DNA of 60,015 nt, the filler included, from Dugesia japonica (taxonomy: Eukaryota): NCBI GenBank assembly GCA_001938525.1. It is 6 parts of 6 records of this genome, joined end to end, with 100 filler letters (N's around TTAATTAATTAA, not from the genome) between each part and the next. Parts side by side here need not be neighbours in the genome. Positions count along the whole stretch, not along the records: positions 51,495 to 60,015 come from MQRL01307016.1; 5 more parts are not named here. The stretch is one strand, 5' to 3'. Below the pieces are notes generated by a model that saw nothing but the letters and a program-made list of their open reading frames with translations, had not been told where the DNA came from and did not search any database. The position numbers and the translations under genes are program-made. Positions 51,927-60,015 of the stretch are shown in pieces. Positions within the stretch are counted from its first letter, which is position 1, and each line of letters starts with the position of its first letter.

Positions 51927-52450
51927 AGTAGTGAGTAAGAAAAAAAACGCAGCTCATATATAATCAAAAACGTGGTAGTGCGGTAATATGTACTACTTAA
52001 TCATGTAAAATATTAAAAAATAATTAAATAAGGGATAAAATAACAAAAATGTTTGTTTTAATTAACATATAAATTTTGTGGGAAATTCAAATTTCAAAAA
52101 ACCTTTGGCGGGAAATTCAAAGATTTATTTTTTGAATGTGAAATTTAAATTTATTTTAGAGCAGTCTTAATATTTATGCATGCTATGTGCAGACTTTATA
52201 TTTTGCATGGTATGGGGAGTTTCTATATTTTACATGGGAAAACTCTATATTTAGCATCGGGAGTCTCTTTAAATTGCAAGAGATGGGGCAGACTTGATAT
52301 TTTGCAAGGGATGGGGCAGTCAAAATTCCTAGGCATTTGATTTTCAGTGTATGTGTGTTGCATCTGTGTTGCATCCTAGTTGTATTTATATAAAAAATCA
52401 ATAAAAATTCCCAGGCACGTGATTTTCAGTGTATGTTTGTTACTATCTAT
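51927..52450 (+). promoter_or_regulatory. Putative Polinton left terminus and subterminal repeats
   Basis: Starts AGTAGT (typical Polinton end); GGGAAATTCAAA twice; ~23-30-bp subrepeats at 52160-52325; immediately upstream of the ATPase. Confidence 0.6.
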
Positions 52451-52522
52451 TCCATACATATTGCATTAACTTTCAATTATAAGCAATGTAATAAAGTATG
52501 AATAAATTTTAAAAAAAATAAG

Positions 52523-53122
52523 ATGGAGAGATTAAGAAATGATGCAATCTATCAAATTGTTGGTCCTAGTGGTAGTGGGAAAACTTTGTTTGGATGTCAA
52601 TTATTGAAATTAAAGTTATTCAAATCTAAATTTAAAAACATATACTGGCATAGAAGTGCAGATGAGGAGCATGGATTGATTAAATCTGAATTTTGTAATA
52701 CTAAAATGAAAATCATAAATGGTTTTGATTCTAATTGGACCAAAAGATTAAGACCAGGTTATGTTATTGTTGTTGATGATCTGTATCAGGAGGCAAACAA
52801 AGAAAAAGATTTCAATAATTTATTCATAAAAATATCGAGACATCGTAATGTTACTGTGCTATTTATTAATCAAAATCTATTTCATCAAGGAGGTAGTCAT
52901 AGAACCTTCAATTTAAACGTTCAATATTTGATTCTATTCAAAAATCCTAGAAATCAGACTAGAAATAACAGACAATTTTTTATTGAATTATTTCAAGATG
53001 CAACAGAAAAACCACATGGATATATATTTCCTGACTTTACACAACACTGCCCAGATAATTATAGGGTGAGAACAGATATATTCAACCCTAATGGTATCAC
53101 AGTATATAAACAAAACAGGTAA
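52523..53122 (+). CDS. Polinton/adintovirus A32/FtsK-like packaging ATPase (possibly with a small deletion)
   Basis: Walker A GPSGSGKT, Walker B VIVVDDL, SRHRNVTVLFINQNLF, LFKNPR, PHGYIFPDF, RVRTDIF. Confidence 0.92.
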   Translation: MERLRNDAIYQIVGPSGSGKTLFGCQLLKLKLFKSKFKNIYWHRSADEEHGLIKSEFCNTKMKIINGFDSNWTKRLRPGYVIVVDDLYQEANKEKDFNNLFIKISRHRNVTVLFINQNLFHQGGSHRTFNLNVQYLILFKNPRNQTRNNRQFFIELFQDATEKPHGYIFPDFTQHCPDNYRVRTDIFNPNGITVYKQNR

Positions 53123-53142
53123 TTTTTATAATATTATATAAA

Positions 53143-53430
53143 ATGGTAAAGTTTAAGAAAATTGTTGTTGATTCAGTTACTGATGGTGATGTTGTTAAAC
53201 AACGAAAAATGGTGAAAATTGAAGAAAAAAACAAAGCAATCTTAATAAACAAAATCTCACCAAAAATCAATCTTATAATAAAAAGTATGCAAATAAGAAA
53301 GAAATTGAATAAGTTTAAAAAACATTCAAAAGTAGTGGAAAGAAACTGGATATCACATAAGAAAACATATACAAATAAGAAAAATGAATTGAATAAGTTT
53401 AAAAAACTTGCAAAAATTACTGGAAAATAA
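53143..53430 (+). CDS. Small Lys-rich basic protein, putative virion core protein
   Basis: Very basic 95-aa ORF; a positional counterpart exists at 33892-34170. Confidence 0.55.
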   Translation: MVKFKKIVVDSVTDGDVVKQRKMVKIEEKNKAILINKISPKINLIIKSMQIRKKLNKFKKHSKVVERNWISHKKTYTNKKNELNKFKKLAKITGK

Positions 53431-53502
53431 CTGGAATTGATGAATGTAAAATGGATATCATTATAAACAATTAACTGGTATGTCTTTGTTATTGAAATAA
53501 AA

Positions 53503-53824
53503 ATGAAATTAGAAAGAAGTATTCTGTTTTTTACTGCTTTGATTAAATCATCAAAATTAATGACAATGAGAATTTTGGACTCATTTCTACCAAATCTTAT
53601 GGATGATTTACTTGAGATTATTGTAAATATTGTTCGTGGTAATGTAAATTTGACCAAAACTAGAAAGGAAACATTGAAAAAACCAAAAAACCTTACTATT
53701 GCTTGTAAATACAAAAAATAGGAGATTGATGAGGAAAGTAATACGAGATAATCAAGTTGGTGGATTTATAGTAGCATTACTTCCAATTAGATTGGTTGCA
53801 TTGGGCTTAACTCAATTCAAATAA
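53503..53824 (+). pseudogene. Polinton PW/adenovirus pX-like small protein, frameshifted near 53715
   Basis: LLEIIVNIVRGNV...RKVIRDNQVGGFIVALLP, containing an xGG/F adenain-type cleavage site. Confidence 0.7.
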
Positions 53825-53917
53825 ACAATTTGTTCTTTTGACCAATATATTAATAAACAATGATTAGATTGCAATCATTACCTAATTTTGACTTAAAGTT
53901 AGCATCGAATTGTTGTA

Positions 53918-54724
53918 ATGGGAAAACTAAAGACAATATGGGCGGATCCAAAAAACCTAGCAGGTTTTCAAGTTGTAGAAAAGTTGATAAATGCAGGTCA
54001 AAAAATGAAAAAAAAGACAAATAAGTGGTTATCTGGGCAGCTAGCGTACAGCCTAAACAAGCTAATATTGAAAAGATTTCCAACAAGAGCATATAAAACA
54101 TATGGTATTGATGATTTATGGCAAATGGATTTAATGGAGATGATTCCATATTCAAAAATGAATAAAGGTTACAAGTATATTTTGACATTTATCGATAAAT
54201 TCAGTAGATTTGCAAGAACTGTTCCTGTTAAATAAAAATATGCTAATGATATTGAACCAGCAATAGAGTCAATGTTTAAAAATGGACATCCAGATAATTT
54301 ACAAACAAATTTGGGTAAGGAATTCTACAATTCTAAGGTTAAACAACTTATAAATAAATTAAAAAATAAACCATTATAGTGTATTCTTTCAGTATAAAGA
54401 TGCACATGTAGAATGATATAATTGCACATTGAGAGATGCATTGAAAAGTACTTTGTACATATTGGTAATAAGACTTGGATAAATGTTATTCCGAAACTTA
54501 TTCAGTTTTATAATCATTCTGGTTATAAGGGATTAAATGGTGCAAGACTGGTTAATGTAAGTACAAACAATCAATTAAATTTATGGTTATCACGTAAACA
54601 TTCAAAAGCAAATGAAAAACCAAAGTATGAAGTTGGCGATCATGTGAGAATCTCGAAAATATTAGTTTCCCCATTTATCAAGAATTTCAATAGTAATTGG
54701 AGTGATGAACAAATATCAAGATGA
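53918..54724 (+). pseudogene. Polinton retroviral-like integrase (disrupted)
   Basis: DDLWQMDL, YKYILTFIDKFSRFA, LQTNLGKEFYN, YNHS, KPKYEVGDHVRISK, NWSDE; stop at 54233 and frameshifts. Confidence 0.92.
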
Positions 54725-55664
54725 AACAAAAAAAGAAAAAAAAGATAAGCACAATCATCAGGAAAGGCCTTCACGAGTAATGGACCATGACTCATATAAA
54801 CATGACAGGCAGCTAATAAGTAAATACTGAATGAAATTATGTATGTTATTTATTAAAATTCTATTGTAGGACATGTACAAAGCACGTGAATAGGAGATTC
54901 AACAGGAATTTTGCAATATTTACACAGTAGTGGTTATCTATCATAGCATTTCTGTCTGATGGATAGAAGAAAGGATAGTTAGTTTCCTTCTACTCATAAT
55001 TTTTGTTGAGGTTTTTGTTAATAGAAATACTAATAGTAGAAATTCAAGCACTAGGAAGAGAACCCCAGCTATTAGAGCCACCAAGTTCTGAGAAATGGGC
55101 ATATGATCTCATTTTTATGTTCAATGATAAGCATTTTATCCGAAAGAGCAGGCTTAATTGCAATGAAATACCAAACCAGATGAATTATCTGGATTAAGTG
55201 TAAAATTGATTTTATTAAATTGTTTTAAATAAAACAAATGCTTTTGAACACTCATAGCACCAACAAGTTCCTTTAATTTTTGGCCCAAAATAAGAGCAGA
55301 TAAACCTAAACGTGTGATTGGTGTTGTAAAATGTTTGACAGATTTAAACACTTTAAATCGTAAATAGTTGACCTTAAAAAAGGAGGGTGGGGGTGTTCTT
55401 ATGCGTTTCTATCAATCTACTTTTGTATATTTTCATTAATGAATATAATCAAAAACAACCAAACAGTAGATTCCTTGTATATTTTCATTATAAAATTGGC
55501 ACTGATCTGAGTCCATGGATATTTACATGATGAAGTATTTATAGAGAAGAGTCTTTGTTTATTTATTATTTAAAAAATCATGATGTGTAATACTTTTCTT
55601 CAAAAAGTATAAATGTAAGGACAAAAGCCATTATTGTAATGAAGGATCAAATATTTATAAAGAT

Positions 55665-56550
55665 GAATACCCAAAACTAAAACTTGTGATAAAGCTTTTA
55701 ATGAGATGAAAGATGCATTAACAAAAGCACCGATATTGAGCTTTCCAGAAAACAAAAAGATGTTTGTACTAGCTACAGATGTGAGTTTTGATGCAATTAG
55801 AGCAGTTTTATCGCAAATAGCTGAAGGATGTTCAGAGCAAGTCATTACATATGGGTCACGTGCAATGCCAGCTCTTCTAGAACAAGAAAATAATTATTGA
55901 CTATTTACTATTTTTGTAACCCTTTTAAACATTATTTGAATTGAAAAAGCTTTTTGATGAGAACAGATTACAAGGCAATAGCATTTATGAAAACGACGAA
56001 CAAGTCAATCACTCAGCTAATTTCAGACTTGGATGAATTTTCTTAGTAGCCTAGAAATGGTATTAGAATTTAGACAAGGTACGAAGCATATGAATGCAGA
56101 TATACTTTCGAGAATGAATTTTACAATAATTAACAAATTATGAGAATCCAAAGGAAGGAAAAATAAAGACCAAAACAATTAATAGTATATCAGGTTCATA
56201 TACATATAAATGGCCAAGTACCATAGAATAAATTGAACAGATAAAAAATGGTAATAAAAATGGAACATGTAATTCGATTAATAGAAGATATCATGAAAAC
56301 AAAAGAAGGCAAAATATAGATCCCGTCAGAAAGGAAAATTCAAATGGTAAAAGAAATGCATAATTTATTGGTGCATGCAAGCACGGCAAAAGTCATAAAT
56401 TATTTAAAAATGAATATAATATAGAAAACTTGACAGAAACTATGTAAAAAGTAGTTAAAGAATGTACAGCGTGTGAAATGAACGCAGTAACAACAATTTG
56501 AACAAAGGAGGAAACAATGAAATTAAAGTCTAATGAACTATATAAAGCTA
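55665..56550 (+). mobile_element. Gypsy RNase H/integrase remnant between the Polinton genes
   Basis: LTKAPILSFP...LATDVSFDAIRAVLSQ, HMNADILSR, LVHA...CTAC. Confidence 0.85.
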
Positions 56551-56659
56551 TATTAAAACCATATAATTACCACATGTAAACCGATTATACCCTGAATAAC
56601 AATATAGTTACCATTTAAACCCTATATAACAACACTAAAATCATATGAAATTCTTTTAA

Positions 56660-56950
56660 AACCATATAGTTTATAAAGCCTAAAAATTATTGCTGCTTAA
56701 AAAACCTGAAAACATTTCCCAACTAAATACACAGGGAAATACAAAAATACTTGCCGCCTAATGAGCCTAAATTATTTTCCCAACTAAATACACAGGGAAA
56801 ATGAATAACAGTCACCACCTAAAAAGCCTAAATAATTTTCAAAACTTAAAAACAGTTAATCCTATTACGTAAAATTTCACCGATGAAATTAATCTGATGA
56901 CATAATTTGTGTGCAAAATGTTTTCCCAACTAAATACACAGGGAAATTTA
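56660..56950. repeat. ~61-bp repeats containing an invariant 25-bp TTTCCCAACTAAATACACAGGGAAA
   Basis: Copies at 56715, 56776 and 56922. Confidence 0.85.
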
Positions 56951-58199
56951 AAAAACAGTAATATAATAATGTCACGACTAATTACTTACATTATGTAATG
57001 CATACAAATGTGTGCCGTCGCATATTTACATTAGAAAAATACAAAAATACTTATGTATATTTCATTAATAACATGATATGTAAATTGTACAGATTAAACG
57101 CATTAATAGTTATAGATAGATTGTATAGATTCCCTTGAATTATTTCCCTTTATATGATGTAATTATTAAATTCATTGACCTTATTGGATGATTATAATAA
57201 ATGAATTAGTTTTTCATAAATCTAATAACTTTCTAGTGACATGAAGTAAATATTTAGAAATAAATACAAGGCTTCTGGTAACTTTTAAAAATATATAGGG
57301 ACCTTTGGTAACTTTTTACAAAAATTACCGAATCTCTGGTAATCTTTGAAATATTTTAAGGGCATTTACTATACATATGAGTTATTTCCCCTATGTTTTA
57401 AACAGGATTTTTAAAATGTTTCTGACGTCTAATAACCTTTTGAAAAAATAACAGGATCAATGGTAAATCTTTTGAAATAGTTAAATGACGTCCGCTAAAA
57501 TTTTAAATTTATTTTACGGACATCCGGTAACTTTTTGATTAACATCAACCTAATTTTATAACAATTGATTAATAAACTCATTAATTTATATAACTACTCT
57601 TTAAATCCCTTATGTATACCTCATACACTTTATATAAATCGTATACAAAGCCTATGATAACTTTAGTAGAAGAAGACATTCACTCTGGCTCACTTGTGAA
57701 ATTTAGTCTTTTATGTAATCAACACACACACAATATACATGACATATGAACTATTACGTAATCGCCCTTATGGAACTTGACATTACATAAATCAATACAA
57801 AATTACTATGTTACATAATATATTCATCATTATCATCATTACTATTGATAACTATAATTATTATTATTGTCATTATTGATCTTATTTTAGGATTATCTGT
57901 CTTTTTTGTTTCGTTTTTTATCACTACCACACCTATAACTTACATATTACTTATTAAAATATTTTAACTCTACAAATGTATATTTCCTATTATTAGTATC
58001 ACTATGAATAAATCTAAGACGTCATTATACAATAAATAATATTTCTTACAATAACTATTTCTAATCTTATCATTATATCAAACATAATATACAGTCTGTT
58101 ACATTAAATTGTCCAGTACAATCAACATTGACAAAAACCATCGAAATTTGACCAATAACATCAACTATATTTTCACGTGGACAACAAAAAAAAAGTATA

Positions 58200-59715
58200 T
58201 TCCCGTACAAATTTGCACTTTATGTGAAATGCTCATAAATCAAACTGAATTACCAGCACAATGGCAAGAAATAATAAGCGAAGAATATGAGATCGCAAAG
58301 TCTGCATGGATAAAATCAGGAATAAATAACTTGGTGGAATACATGATGTACTATATATGAAACTAAACATATACTTGTTAGCTGATGCATTCCAAACATT
58401 TTGTAAAAATGCACTTGAAGAACATAGATTGGAACCGCTACGATTTGTTTCATTACCAGGATTGATCTAGTCAAATGCTCTCAAATCGATGGATAGACCA
58501 ATAGAATTACTACAAGACGTTGAAATGCATCGTCTATTTAAGTTAGGAATTTGTGGATGAATGAATTTTGTGAACAAGCATTATATCCAGGCAGATGGGA
58601 ATATCTCACAGCTTTACATTGGCATTAATAACCTTTATAGTTGGGCCTTAACACAGTCTATACCATATAAAGATTTTGAATTTATATCAAAAGATCAGAT
58701 AAAAAAAACATCAAAGGATATTCGTCAATAACAATAACGAGATTAGATACCTGCTTAAAAATGATCTTGAAATACCTATTGAACATCATGGTAGGTTAGA
58801 TTAATTACCTTTGGCTCCAGAACATAAATTTCTATCTGAATCAAAATTTTCTGATGATACATGAACCAAAACGACATTATATCGTATATTGGCGATTGTT
58901 AGAATTATATATAAAGCTCGTGGCTCGTGTGACTGCTATGCATAGAATAATACTGTAAGACAGTAGAGAATATGAAGAATCTATTGGATCTCTGGATATG
59001 TAAAAATGAGAAATTAGTAACATACACCAGTAAAGTTGCATTTAAGAAAACAATGGATATCGCAGAAGGACTCAAAGCCGTATTGTTAGATAAAGATACC
59101 ATTTATATAGATAGACCGAGTTATATTGGCAAGTGATTCTGGATTTGAGTAAATGGCAAATGTACAGGCTCCGATATGAAGAATTGGAAAAATATCGTCA
59201 ACAATTTAATTGTAAAATTGATATCATTGCTGAAGATTCGGTTAGCTTTTTTCTTATCATGTACCAAAGTAGATAAAAACCAACTATTGTGTCAGATGAA
59301 ATCAGATAGTCTCTTGAATACAAGCAATTGCCTTAAATATCACCCACTCTATTCCAACAATATGGCCAATGGAATTGGATTGTTTAAAGATGAAGGAGAA
59401 GGTGAGGATTATACTGAATGGGTAATACTACGACCTAGTTTGAAGAAGGAAGATTCTAGTACAACAATGAAAGCAAAATGTATCAGTTTAAAACAAACAG
59501 ATATCGATCATCGAAATTATTTAAATGTATACAACTCCGATGAGGATGGAGATGGAGAACCAAACAAAATAATGCAGACTACCTTCCAATCAATAAATCA
59601 CCAGGTTTACAAAATAGAGAATATGAAACGCGTATTGTCTTGCCTGGATGATAAGCGCTTTTGGAGCAAAAGAAATACTAGTATGACATATGACTATTAT
59701 AACATTAATAATTAA
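58200..59715 (+). pseudogene. Polinton protein-primed DNA polymerase B (pPolB), decayed
   Basis: LADAFQTF, FVSLPGL, IELLQDVEM, INNLYSWAL, LPLAPE, RPSYIG...LDLSKWQMY, GLFKDE, KRVLSCLDDKR. Confidence 0.9.
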
Positions 59716-60015
59716 ATAGTAAGTGTTTAACTGCGGTCGTAATGACATTTGATTGTCGAAGAAGAAGAAGAAAAAGAAGAAGACTAAATGATGATTACTT
59801 AACAATTTCTTGTAATTTTCTGTTTAAATGATGAAATAAATTTTGTTATATATTTTGTGTTATTTATTATATATTAAGTTTAATATAATGATAAGATTAG
59901 AAATAGATATTTTAAGAAATATTATATATTGTATAATGACTTCTTAGATTTATTCATAGTGATACTAATAATAGGAAATATACATTTGTAGAGTTAAAAT
60001 ATTTTAATAAGTAAT

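Noticed and set aside
53097-53714. 205-aa hydrophobic minus-strand ORF
   Set aside because: Antisense shadow of the Lys-rich Polinton ORFs (AAA read as TTT gives Phe-rich sequence).
56660-56950. CRISPR-like repeat-spacer array
   Set aside because: Only three repeats, the spacers resemble each other, spacing is irregular, and there are no cas genes. Kept only as a cis-element candidate.

Overview
This is very AT-rich animal DNA, rich in transposons, with tiny 41-47 bp GT-AG introns. That profile suggests a compact invertebrate-parasite genome such as an orthonectid (inference only). The window is not one locus: six scaffolds (1-10534, 10635-20838, 20939-31794, 31895-41720, 41821-51394, 51495-60015) are joined by artificial N44-TTAATTAATTAA-N44 linkers. 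Host genes are an endophilin-B-like exon, an intronless misato (MSTO1), the first exon of MED14, and a 4-exon ~147-aa ELM2-SANT (CoREST-like) gene that the ORF track misses. The rest is mostly decayed mobile DNA: mariner, pogo MITEs, hAT, piggyBac, Ty3/Gypsy elements, a solo LTR, and several Polinton/Maverick (adintovirus-like) pieces (packaging ATPase, core-like proteins, integrase, pPolB, termini). The best candidate for an undescribed system is 20939-25415. It holds two diverged, tail-to-tail inverted copies of a cassette of unrecognised coding blocks, most starting at a phase-1 splice acceptor. The cassette lies directly inside a sequence homologous to the Polinton terminus at ~51927-52330, so it may be a spliced accessory transcription unit of a Polinton lineage.
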